A stretch of 61,993 nucleotides of DNA. Origin: an uncultured Bacteroidota bacterium. GTDB lineage: Bacteria > Bacteroidota > Bacteroidia > Bacteroidales > GWA2-32-17. This document shows, piece by piece, positions 9,711 to 18,879 of the stretch (the stretch's first letter is position 1; every line of letters begins with the position of its first letter). The stretch spans positions 1-61,993 of the forward strand of contig CAIQJL010000092.1 of NCBI GenBank assembly GCA_903872185.1, in the 5' to 3' direction. The notes below the pieces were generated by a model. The model did no database searches, was not told where the DNA came from, and saw only the letters and a list, made by a program, of their open reading frames with translations. Made by a program: the position numbers and the translations under genes.

Positions 9711-12296
9711 ATGAAGACAAAAAATAAAATACTGCTTTCTCTTTTTATCACAATAGTTTTAGTTTTTTGCAGTTTTTTATTTTTAGTACAATTAAATAAT
9801 AACAATTTACAAAATACTATTAACATTGAAAAGGACATACACAAAAAAACAATAATCACAATTACATCTTTTCATTCAGAGAATCTTGCAGAAATCGTTA
9901 AAGATTATGGCTGTTATGATCAAATGATAGCTTTTATGAAAACCCATGATACATTATGGGCTAAATCTGACATTACAATTATTAGTTCATTTAAGATGGA
10001 TGCTGTATGGGTTTACGACATTAAAAAAGAAAAATTATATACAGAATACTCAGATATAATATACTCTGAACCGTATGCACCCGACGAATCTTTAAATAAA
10101 CTATTTGAAAAAAAAATCATTCATTTTTTTATTAGAATTCCTGAAGGAATTATGGAAATTAGTGGAGGGTCAATTAATAGCACAGAAGATATAAACAGAA
10201 AAGATTATGCTAAAGGTTACTTGCTTATAGGTAAATTATGGGACAAAAATTTTATTAAACTACTTACTGAACAAACCAATAGCAGATTAAAAATAAAACT
10301 TGATACTACTGTAACAGAAATAAACTCAAATCCTAACAAAATAAATCTTCCTCTATACTCTTATGACAAGAAGATTATTGCAACTCTTTCTTCTATAAAA
10401 GAAAATCTCTTTTTAAAAAACAATAAAACTTTTAATCGCTTTATTTATCTTTTTTTCGGAATATTTTCAGTATTAATTCTATTAATTTTTTACTTTAGTT
10501 TTAAGAAATATGTTATTAGTCCACTCGGAAATATTATTACATCTCTTAAATCAAACGATGCTTCAATACTCGAAAAACTAAAAGTCAAACCTGATGAATT
10601 TGGAAGTATAGCTGAAATAATTATACAGTTTTTCGAGCAAAAAATTCAATTGGAGAATGATCTGTATGAAAGAAAAATTATTGAAATAAATTTACGCGAG
10701 AGCGAAAAAAGATTTAAAGATTTTGCTGAACTATTACCAGGGTTGGTATGCGAAGCAAATATTGACGGAAAGCTTACATTTGCTAATCGAGCAGCATTTG
10801 AAGCTTTTGGCTGGGAACCAAGCGAACTTAATGATTTATCTATTTACTCTATTTTTGCTCCTGAAGATGTGAATAATGTTAAAACAAATTTAGCTCGTCG
10901 TATTCAAGGAGAAAACCTGGGTTCAAATGAATATTTAGCATTAAGAAAAGACGGCACAACGTTTCCTGCTTTAGTATACGTAAATTTAATATATAACGAT
11001 GGCCAACCCGAATCTATTAGAGGTGTAATGGTTGATATAACAACTATTAGAAATGCGCAAAAAGAAATACGCAAATTACTTCATGCAATAGAACAAAGTC
11101 CGAATACAATAGTAATCACAGATACTAAAGGAATTATTGAATACATTAATCCTCATTTCACTGAACTTACAGGATATACAAAAGAAGAGACTATAGGAAA
11201 CAATCCCAATATATTAAAATCAGGCAAAATGACTGAAAATACATATAAAATGCTTTGGGAAACAATTAAGTCGGGTAATACCTGGAAAGGCGAATTTATA
11301 AACAAAAAGAAAAACGGAGAGCTTTATTGGGAGTATGCTACTATTTCTCCTGTAAAAGATAAGAAGGGCAATATCATAAATTTCATCGCTGTTAAAGAAG
11401 ATATTACTGAAAGAAAAAGACTTGAACAACTAATAATTGACAGCAATGAAGAAGTAAAATCTCAAAATGACGAATTAGAACTTCAGCGAAATATTGCAAC
11501 AAAGCAGAGAGATGAAATAATTGAAATAAATAATGAAATAAAATCGAGTATACGTTATGCAGAAAATATTCAAAAAGCAACTTTAACTCCAAAGATTCTT
11601 CTAGAATCATTATTCGATGATTACTTTATACTTTATCTTCCAAAAGATATTGTAAGCGGGGATTTTTATTGGGTAAAACATATAGGGAATAAAACAATTG
11701 TTGCTGTTGCAGATTGCACAGGACATGGAGTACCAGGTGCTTTTATGAGCATACTAGGAGTTGCATTTTTAAATGAAATTGTAAATAAAAAAGATGTGTA
11801 TTTTGCAAATGAAATACTTAACGAACTTAGGGAACACGTTGTTATATCATTGCAGCAAATTGGTGTTTCTGGTAGCTCTCAAGATGGAATGGATATGGCT
11901 ATAATAATAATTGATGAAACAGAAAATTCCTTACAATATGCTGGGGCAAATAATCAGGTTTGGGTAATAAATGAAAATTCATTAATTGAATTGTGTCCCG
12001 ACAAAATGCCTGTAGGAATTCATGAAAAAATGGTTCCATTTAGAAACAATATTATTAAAATTCAAAAAGGCGATTTGATTTATTTATTTACAGATGGAAT
12101 TGCGGATCAATTTGGAGGACCTCAATCAGAAGCAGGCGGGAAAAAATTCAAATTAAAACAATTAAAAGAATTATTAATATCAATCTCAACACTGCCATTG
12201 AAAAAACAGAAAGAATCTATAGAAATGGTTTTTAATAATTGGCGCAACGAAATTGAGCAAACTGATGATGTTACAATAATGGGAATAAAAATATAA
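9711..12296 (+). CDS. Membrane sensor phosphatase: CHASE4-like sensor, two PAS domains, SpoIIE/PP2C domain
   Basis: Two TM segments; DYGCYDQM (CHASE4-like); two PAS/PAC units; PKDIVSGDFYW, ADCTGHGVPGAFMS, FTDGIADQFGG, DDVT. Confidence 0.85.
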   Translation: MKTKNKILLSLFITIVLVFCSFLFLVQLNNNNLQNTINIEKDIHKKTIITITSFHSENLAEIVKDYGCYDQMIAFMKTHDTLWAKSDITIISSFKMDAVWVYDIKKEKLYTEYSDIIYSEPYAPDESLNKLFEKKIIHFFIRIPEGIMEISGGSINSTEDINRKDYAKGYLLIGKLWDKNFIKLLTEQTNSRLKIKLDTTVTEINSNPNKINLPLYSYDKKIIATLSSIKENLFLKNNKTFNRFIYLFFGIFSVLILLIFYFSFKKYVISPLGNIITSLKSNDASILEKLKVKPDEFGSIAEIIIQFFEQKIQLENDLYERKIIEINLRESEKRFKDFAELLPGLVCEANIDGKLTFANRAAFEAFGWEPSELNDLSIYSIFAPEDVNNVKTNLARRIQGENLGSNEYLALRKDGTTFPALVYVNLIYNDGQPESIRGVMVDITTIRNAQKEIRKLLHAIEQSPNTIVITDTKGIIEYINPHFTELTGYTKEETIGNNPNILKSGKMTENTYKMLWETIKSGNTWKGEFINKKKNGELYWEYATISPVKDKKGNIINFIAVKEDITERKRLEQLIIDSNEEVKSQNDELELQRNIATKQRDEIIEINNEIKSSIRYAENIQKATLTPKILLESLFDDYFILYLPKDIVSGDFYWVKHIGNKTIVAVADCTGHGVPGAFMSILGVAFLNEIVNKKDVYFANEILNELREHVVISLQQIGVSGSSQDGMDMAIIIIDETENSLQYAGANNQVWVINENSLIELCPDKMPVGIHEKMVPFRNNIIKIQKGDLIYLFTDGIADQFGGPQSEAGGKKFKLKQLKELLISISTLPLKKQKESIEMVFNNWRNEIEQTDDVTIMGIKI

Positions 12297-12319
12297 ACTT
12301 TTATTTATTTTGTTATAAT

Positions 12320-12352
12320 AAAAAAGGCTATTGAATTTCAATAGCCTTTTTT
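12320..12352. terminator. Bidirectional intrinsic terminator
   Basis: A6-GGCTATTGAA-T-TTCAATAGCC-T6 between convergent genes. Confidence 0.85.
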
Positions 12353-12366
12353 GTATATTTATTTTT

Positions 12367-13905
12367 TTACTCTAAACTTCCAACCGCTTTTTCAACTTCA
12401 TGAAGAATTTCGCAAGTCTGAACCAAAGCTTTCATAGTATTATGATCAGGATATAATGGACGATCAATATCTAAATAATCTATATGTTTTCTTATTACAT
12501 CTTTTGCAACCTGAGTTCCTTTTCCAAATATAAATTTCTCTTCATATTTTTCACGCAAATCCAATGCCTGAGCTGCTGCCATAAATTCTATTCCTAAAAT
12601 TCCAAAAGCATTATCTAAAATCTGAATGTTTTTTATAGCAGTATTCATTCCCATAGACACAAAATCTTCCTGATCGGCAGCAGCAGGAATAGATTGAATA
12701 GATGCCGGTGCAGACAAAATTCTTTGTTCTACAATTTGCATATCTGCTGTATACTGACTTAACATCATACCAGAAAACATTCCTGCACCCTTTGTTAAGA
12801 ATGGAGGTAAACCAACACTTAGGGCTGGATTATTTAAACGATTTAATCTTCTTTCGGATAAAACGCTAACCATTGTTACAGCAGCACCAATTAAATCCAT
12901 TGGCAAAGAAACCGGTGTACCCTGAAAATTTGCACCAGAAAGTTGTATGTTTTCGTCAGGAAAGAAAATTGGGTTATCTCCTACTCCATTTAATTCAATT
13001 TCTACCTGTGAACGAGCCCATGCAACAGCATCATGAGCGGCACCAATAACTTGCGGTGTTGAACGCATACTATAAGCATCCTGAACTTTTACTTTAATTC
13101 TTTTTTCTAATAAATCGCCATCAGTTGCTACTCTTCTAATTGCAGCAGCGCTTCTCATTGCTCCTTTAAAACCACGGATCTCATGAATCTTATGATTGTA
13201 AGGCCCAAAATTAGCTCTTAAAGCTTCAAGCGACATAGTACATGCAATTTCAGCTTGTTTTAACCAATTATTAACATCGTACAAATATATTGCACTCATT
13301 GCAGTCATAACATTAGAGCCATTAATAGTAGCTAGACCATCACGAGCTTGTAAACCAGGAATAGGAATCTCTGCTTTTTCTAATGCTTCTTTTCCTGTAA
13401 GAAATTCACCTTTATAATAAGCATGACCTTCGCCCATCATTAATAGAGCAATTTGTGACATAGGAGCTAAATCGCCACATGCTCCTACCGAACCTTTTTT
13501 ACAAACAAATGGAGTTACTCCTTTGTTTAGCATATCTACCAATGTTTGTGTTATCTCTATTCTAACACCTGAATTACCATGTGCATGTACATTAATCCTA
13601 CCTAGCATTGCTCCTCTTACATGTTCTAACGGCATAGCCTCACCAATACCTGCTGCATGATTATACACTAAATACTTTTGAAATTCTTTTACCTGATCAT
13701 CATTTAATACAACTTCAGAAAATTCACCAATACCTGTATTTACTCCATACATTATTTCATGTGCATCAACTTTTCTTTCGAGCATTGCGCGACATTTATT
13801 AATTTTTTTCACAGATTCTGGATGCAATTCAACTTTTTCTCCATGACGTGCAACTTTTACTACATCATCAATTGTAATTCCGCTACCTTTAACTATAAGT
13901 GTCAT
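12367..13905 (-). CDS. hutH: MIO-dependent aromatic amino acid ammonia-lyase (HutH-like) with an Ala-Cys-Gly MIO triad
   Basis: YGVNTGIG, GSVGACGDLAP, INGSN, QDAYSMRSTPQV, DNP, NFQG, QEDFVSMG. Histidine as substrate is likely but unproven. Confidence 0.75.
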   Translation of the reverse strand: MTLIVKGSGITIDDVVKVARHGEKVELHPESVKKINKCRAMLERKVDAHEIMYGVNTGIGEFSEVVLNDDQVKEFQKYLVYNHAAGIGEAMPLEHVRGAMLGRINVHAHGNSGVRIEITQTLVDMLNKGVTPFVCKKGSVGACGDLAPMSQIALLMMGEGHAYYKGEFLTGKEALEKAEIPIPGLQARDGLATINGSNVMTAMSAIYLYDVNNWLKQAEIACTMSLEALRANFGPYNHKIHEIRGFKGAMRSAAAIRRVATDGDLLEKRIKVKVQDAYSMRSTPQVIGAAHDAVAWARSQVEIELNGVGDNPIFFPDENIQLSGANFQGTPVSLPMDLIGAAVTMVSVLSERRLNRLNNPALSVGLPPFLTKGAGMFSGMMLSQYTADMQIVEQRILSAPASIQSIPAAADQEDFVSMGMNTAIKNIQILDNAFGILGIEFMAAAQALDLREKYEEKFIFGKGTQVAKDVIRKHIDYLDIDRPLYPDHNTMKALVQTCEILHEVEKAVGSLE

Positions 13906-14070
13906 AAATAAATAATTTTATTTTAATGATTTATTAATCTTTTTTTAGATTCCTCGAAATAAACGAAAAAAGATGAGATATAGAAATGATAAATTTCATC
14001 AGTTCTTAGTTTTAAAAAAATAAAAAGATTTTTTAATCAAAAAATAGAACTACAACAAGGCTTTATGGTT

Positions 14071-14078
14071 TATCTTTG
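14071..14078 (+). promoter_or_regulatory. Bacteroidota sigma70 -7 element
   Basis: TATCTTTG fits TAnnTTTG, 14 nt before the ATG at 14093. Confidence 0.55.
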
Positions 14079-14092
14079 CACAAATTTAATTT

Positions 14093-15160
14093 ATGAAACT
14101 TTATTTTCGATTTTCGATTTTACTCGTTGGTTTAATTTTTTCCTTAATATCAACAGCTCAAATACCTGCCGGATACTATGATTCTGCTGCAGGATTAACA
14201 GGAGCACCACTAAAAACTGCATTATATAATATTATTAAAGGTCATACGGTACAATCTTACCCTTTATGGTCATGGTACGACAATACAGATTTAAAATCTG
14301 ATGGGAAAATTTGGGATATTTATACCGACGATTGTGTTTTTACTTATTCAACAGATCAATGCGGTAGCTATGCTAATATTTGCGACTGCTATAACAATGA
14401 ACATTCCTTTCCTAAAAGCTGGTTTGGCGATGTGTCTCCAATGAATTCAGATATATTTCATCTGTATCCTACTGATGGAAAAGTAAACGGAATGCGCTCT
14501 AATTATCCATATGGAGAAACTTCCACTGGAACTGTTTATGGTAATAGCAAATTAGGTAACAGCACTTTTTCAGGATATTCAGGTACTGTTTTCGAACCTG
14601 CTGATCAATACAAGGGGGATTTAGCAAGAGGATACCTATACATGGTTACACGTTACGAAAACGTTGTTGCAGGCTGGGAAGCCGACGACCCAAATGGTGA
14701 TGCGATGTTAGATGGTACTTCATTTCCTTGTTTTGAACCATGGGCTTTATCATTACTTCTAAAATGGAATGCTCAAGATCCTGTTAGTCAAAAAGAAATT
14801 GATAGAAATAATAAAATTTACACTTTAGTTCAACATAATCGCAACCCATATATTGACCATCCTGAATGGGTCACTTCCGTTTGGGGCCCAGCTTCAGGAA
14901 TAAATAATATTGAAAATAATATTTCTGTTTCAGTTTATCCAAACCCTGCATCTACAATAGTAAATATTAGTATAAATTCCAATATTAATAAGCCATACGA
15001 ATTAAGCTTATTCAAATCAGATGGAACAAATATTTTCACAAAAACTGAGAATAATAAAAATGAGGCAATAGATTTTTCGGGATTGCCAGCTGGTGTTTAC
15101 TTTGTTAAATTAAAGTCTGCGATTTTTTCTAAAATCGAGAAAATTGTAATATTAAAATAA
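14093..15160 (+). CDS. Secreted endonuclease I (EndA/NucM-type) with a T9SS C-terminal domain
   Basis: NEHSFPKSW, SDIFHLYPTDGKVNGMRSNYP, KGDLARGYLYM, RNPYIDHPEW; CTD VYPNP...GVYFVKL...KIVILK. Confidence 0.9.
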   Translation: MKLYFRFSILLVGLIFSLISTAQIPAGYYDSAAGLTGAPLKTALYNIIKGHTVQSYPLWSWYDNTDLKSDGKIWDIYTDDCVFTYSTDQCGSYANICDCYNNEHSFPKSWFGDVSPMNSDIFHLYPTDGKVNGMRSNYPYGETSTGTVYGNSKLGNSTFSGYSGTVFEPADQYKGDLARGYLYMVTRYENVVAGWEADDPNGDAMLDGTSFPCFEPWALSLLLKWNAQDPVSQKEIDRNNKIYTLVQHNRNPYIDHPEWVTSVWGPASGINNIENNISVSVYPNPASTIVNISINSNINKPYELSLFKSDGTNIFTKTENNKNEAIDFSGLPAGVYFVKLKSAIFSKIEKIVILK

Positions 15161-15185
15161 GAATAGAAATATTCTTCTACATTTT

Positions 15186-15220
15186 AAACCTAATAAGTCT
15201 ATACAGACCTGTTAGGTTTT
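15186..15220. repeat. REP-like palindrome, copy 1
   Basis: AAACCTAATAAGTCT-ATAC-AGACCTGTTAGGTTTT; shares its core with 30362 and 41438. Confidence 0.75.
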
Positions 15221-15263
15221 TTTAATTTTAAATTAATAACTTTATCCCGATTAGTATTTTATC

Positions 15264-16286
15264 ATGGAAAATTTATCATTAAATATAGTTACGGGCAGAT
15301 CTGAAATAATATTCGGTTATTATTCTGAGAGATTAAACTTTCTTTCAAAAAACAGGAAAATAATAGTTATTTGCGATAAAAATGTAAATGAACTTTATTC
15401 TGATATTTCTAAAAATTATTCTGTTATAAATATAACCGCTTTAGAATCTGAAAAAACAATTCAAATTGTTGAGCAAATTTACATTAAGCTTTTGGAATTA
15501 AAAGCCGACAGATCAACTTTATTAGTAGCTATTGGAGGAGGAATTATTTGTGACATTACTGGTTACGTTGCAGCAACTTTTTATCGAGGATTATCTGTAA
15601 TTCTAATTCCAACAACTCTTTTAGCAATGGTTGATGCGTCGATTGGGGGTAAAAATGGTGTAAATTTTAATGGCAATAAAAATATTGTTGGAGTTATTCG
15701 ACAACCCGAAGCAATTATTATCGATACAACATTTCTAAAAACATTACCACCCGAAGAATTTAAAAATGGAATTGCTGAGATTATTAAACATTCAATTATT
15801 TCTGGCGGTGAATTCTATAATTTAATTTTAAATAATGCCGAATTAAAATCAGGAATAGTTTCAGAAAATATTTTGCAATCAGCAATAAATATAAAAATAA
15901 ATATTGTTGCCTCAGATGTTAATGAAAAAGGATTAAGAAAAGTTTTAAATTTTGGACATACTCTTGGACATATAATAGAACTAAAACAAGGAATTAGTCA
16001 CGGCAAAGCAATTGCTATAGGAATGATGATGTCTGCAATAATTTCGGCTCATTTTAATAAATGCAGTAAAAAAACAGTTGAAGAAATTTACAATTTGTTA
16101 ACTTTCTATAATCTTCCGGTAAAATCTTCTTTAGACATTGCAGAAATTGTAAAATATTTAAATTCCGACAAAAAGAAAGATGCCGAGTTATTACATTTTG
16201 TTTTTATTAAAAACATAGGAGAGATAATGCACGAAGGAATTTCTATTAACTTCTTACAAAATGAACTTCTAGAAATTTTTAAATAA
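15264..16286 (+). CDS. aroB: 3-dehydroquinate synthase
   Basis: AIGGGIICDITG, RG..IPTTLLAMVDASIGGKNG, LNFGHTLGH, HGKAIAIGM. Confidence 0.93.
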   Translation: MENLSLNIVTGRSEIIFGYYSERLNFLSKNRKIIVICDKNVNELYSDISKNYSVINITALESEKTIQIVEQIYIKLLELKADRSTLLVAIGGGIICDITGYVAATFYRGLSVILIPTTLLAMVDASIGGKNGVNFNGNKNIVGVIRQPEAIIIDTTFLKTLPPEEFKNGIAEIIKHSIISGGEFYNLILNNAELKSGIVSENILQSAINIKINIVASDVNEKGLRKVLNFGHTLGHIIELKQGISHGKAIAIGMMMSAIISAHFNKCSKKTVEEIYNLLTFYNLPVKSSLDIAEIVKYLNSDKKKDAELLHFVFIKNIGEIMHEGISINFLQNELLEIFK

Positions 16287-16290
16287 TTTT

Positions 16291-17550
16291 ATGAAAGTCA
16301 TTATTTACCCTTCTCAAATTGAGGGCAAGCTAACTGCTCCTTCTTCGAAAAGCATAGCACAACGTGCAATTGCAATATCTCTACTTACAAAGGGCACAAG
16401 TAAAATAAAAAATATTACATGGTCTAGCGACACTTTAGCTGCACTTTCTGTAGCACAAAATCTAGGTGCAACTGTTGAAATTACAGAAAATTCTTTAAAC
16501 ATTAATGGCGGAAATAGTCTTGATTCTGAAATCTTAGAATGTGGCGAATCTGGTCTATGTATGAGAATGTTTGCTCCAATTGCAGCATTATATAATCAAC
16601 AATTAACTTTAAACGCATCTGGAAGTTTATTAAACAGACCTTTTGATATGATTGAAGATGCACTTATTAAATTAGGAGTAAATTGTGTGTCAAATAATGG
16701 AAAACCACCTTTTAAAATTCGTGGTCCAATAAAAAACGGAAATATAAAAATTGATGGCTCAATAAGCTCTCAGTTAATAACTGGCTTGTTAATTTCACTA
16801 CCAACTATTAGCTCAGACAGCATTTTAGAAGTTGATAATTTAGTAAGCAAACATTATGTAGATGTAACTTTATCAGTAATGAATTCATTTGGAGTCTCTG
16901 CTGTAAACAAAAATTACAAACAATTTGTTATTAAAGGCAATCAAACATATAAACCAGCAGAAATTTATATCGAAGGAGATTGGAGCGGAAGTAGTTTTTT
17001 GCTTGTAGCAGCGGCTATTTATGGTAAAATTAAAGTTACAAATCTTTTCATGAATAGCTTTCAACCAGATAAAAAAATAGTTGAAGTTTTAAAACTAGCT
17101 GGAGCAAACATTAGTGTTAAAAACGACACTGTTACCTGTAAGCATGGTTCGCTAAATTCATTTAACATAGACGCAACTGATTGTCCCGACCTCTTTCCCC
17201 CTTTAGTTGCACTTGCTTCAAACTGTAAAGGAAAAAGTATTATTACCGGAATAAATCGATTAATTTATAAAGAAAGTAATAGACTTGAAATTCTTATTCG
17301 TGAATTTTCAAAAATGGGTGTCAAAATAAACAAAAACAATAACTCATTAGAAATTGAATGTGGAAACTTAAAATCAGTAGAAATAAATCCTGAAAATGAT
17401 CATAGAATTGCAATGGCTGCTGCCATAACTTATATGGGCTGCAATGAAAAAATAATAATTCATCAATCAGAATGTGTAAATAAATCTTATCCTGGATTCT
17501 GGGAAGAAATTAAATGTATGGGAATTAAAACAGAAGTAATACATGATTGA
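16291..17550 (+). CDS. aroA: EPSP synthase
   Basis: SSKSIAQR, CGESGLCMR, SSQLITGLL, DCPDLFP, KESNRL, NDHRIAMA, VNKSYPGFW. Confidence 0.95.
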   Translation: MKVIIYPSQIEGKLTAPSSKSIAQRAIAISLLTKGTSKIKNITWSSDTLAALSVAQNLGATVEITENSLNINGGNSLDSEILECGESGLCMRMFAPIAALYNQQLTLNASGSLLNRPFDMIEDALIKLGVNCVSNNGKPPFKIRGPIKNGNIKIDGSISSQLITGLLISLPTISSDSILEVDNLVSKHYVDVTLSVMNSFGVSAVNKNYKQFVIKGNQTYKPAEIYIEGDWSGSSFLLVAAAIYGKIKVTNLFMNSFQPDKKIVEVLKLAGANISVKNDTVTCKHGSLNSFNIDATDCPDLFPPLVALASNCKGKSIITGINRLIYKESNRLEILIREFSKMGVKINKNNNSLEIECGNLKSVEINPENDHRIAMAAAITYMGCNEKIIIHQSECVNKSYPGFWEEIKCMGIKTEVIHD

Positions 17551-18373
17551 TAAAGAAAACTGGTGGTACGAAGAAAAACAAGGACTTAAGCTTATTAAAT
17601 TTCATCATTTTGAAAAGCATCCAAATTTCGGATATTTTGTTACAACTAGAATTTCGGGAAAAAGTACGGGTAATTTATCATCTCTAAATCTAGGATTTCA
17701 AGATTACGACACTATTGAAAATGTAATTGAAAACAGAAAACTAATTTCTGACTCACAAAATATTCCTTTTAATTCTTTTGTCTTTTTAAGACAAACTCAC
17801 AGCAATAATATAAAAATTGTAAATGAATCGGATAAAGCAAAAGGACTTTTATTAAAAGCTACAGCCATTCAAGATACTGATGGTTATATTTTAACACAAC
17901 GCGATATTTGCCCGGTAGTCATGACTGCAGATTGTGTACCTGTGATTTTGTTTGATCCAATTAAGAATATTGCAGGTATATTTCATGCTGGATGGCGTGG
18001 CACATTAAAACTTATTGCTCAAAAAGGGTTAAATATCATGAAAAATGAATTTGACTCTAACACTTCTGATGTATTAGTCTCTATTGGCCCATCAAATGGC
18101 CCCTGTTGTTACGAAGTAGGACCTGAGGTTATTGATGAAGTAAAGAAAGTTTTTCCAAATAACATAAACGAACTAATTACTAACAAAAACAATAAATTTT
18201 ATTTGAATTTGTGGGCTGCAAACAAAGTTCAATTATTACAGGAAGGCATTATAGAAAACAATATTATTATTTGCAATGCCTGTACTTTTCATAATCCAGA
18301 AATATTCTTTTCATACAGATACTCAAGAGGGATTACTGGCAGGATGGGATCAGGAATTTATTTTAGAAGTTAA
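17543..18373 (+). CDS. pgeF: PgeF/YfiH family protein
   Basis: QTHS, TADCVPVIL, HAGWRG, IGPSNGPCCYEVG, FFSYR. Confidence 0.9.
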   Translation: MIDKENWWYEEKQGLKLIKFHHFEKHPNFGYFVTTRISGKSTGNLSSLNLGFQDYDTIENVIENRKLISDSQNIPFNSFVFLRQTHSNNIKIVNESDKAKGLLLKATAIQDTDGYILTQRDICPVVMTADCVPVILFDPIKNIAGIFHAGWRGTLKLIAQKGLNIMKNEFDSNTSDVLVSIGPSNGPCCYEVGPEVIDEVKKVFPNNINELITNKNNKFYLNLWAANKVQLLQEGIIENNIIICNACTFHNPEIFFSYRYSRGITGRMGSGIYFRS

Positions 18374-18748
18374 ATTATTATTTAGCCAAAGCCTTGCAGA
18401 ATCTAACTCGTTAAACATTACACAAGTCCAATCAATTTCAGAAATTTCTTTTTTATATATTTCAATTAAACTAGCAAATTCATCACTTTTACCAACTAGT
18501 GCAACTAACATGGAGTTATTCCATCTAGAGGCTGCTTTATCTAATACTCCAATAATTTCAACTTCTTCTTCAGTAATAAGAATTTCTTTAGTATTAGTAT
18601 AATCCCAAAGCTGGTATTTCATTGTTTCAAATTGATCATAAGAATACAAAAGTTTATTAATTTGAATAAGATCATTACCAGTTAATTTCTCACTGAATTT
18701 TATATAAACTCCATTTCTTTCAAAATCTATTTTATATCCAATTCCCAT
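18350..18748 (-). CDS. STAS/SEC14 (SpoIIAA-like) small protein
   Basis: 132 aa with QLWDYTN, VALVG and a FNELDSARLWL end; same pattern as the frameshifted gene at 2796..3162. Confidence 0.55.
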   Translation of the reverse strand: MGIGYKIDFERNGVYIKFSEKLTGNDLIQINKLLYSYDQFETMKYQLWDYTNTKEILITEEEVEIIGVLDKAASRWNNSMLVALVGKSDEFASLIEIYKKEISEIDWTCVMFNELDSARLWLNNNLTSKINS

Positions 18749-18832
18749 TTTCTTATTTTCAAGCGAACTATTTAACTGTTAAATTAAAAGCTAATATATT
18801 AATTTTATATTTTACAAACAAATTTTCAAAAA

Positions 18833-18859
18833 AAAAGACTGTGATTTTCACAGTCTTTT
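18833..18859 (-). terminator. Intrinsic terminator of the C10 peptidase gene
   Basis: 12-bp stem AAAAGACTGTGA / TCACAGTCTTTT followed by a U-run on the minus strand, 20 nt after the stop. Confidence 0.8.
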
Positions 18860-18879
18860 AAATTAATGTTATTTTATTT

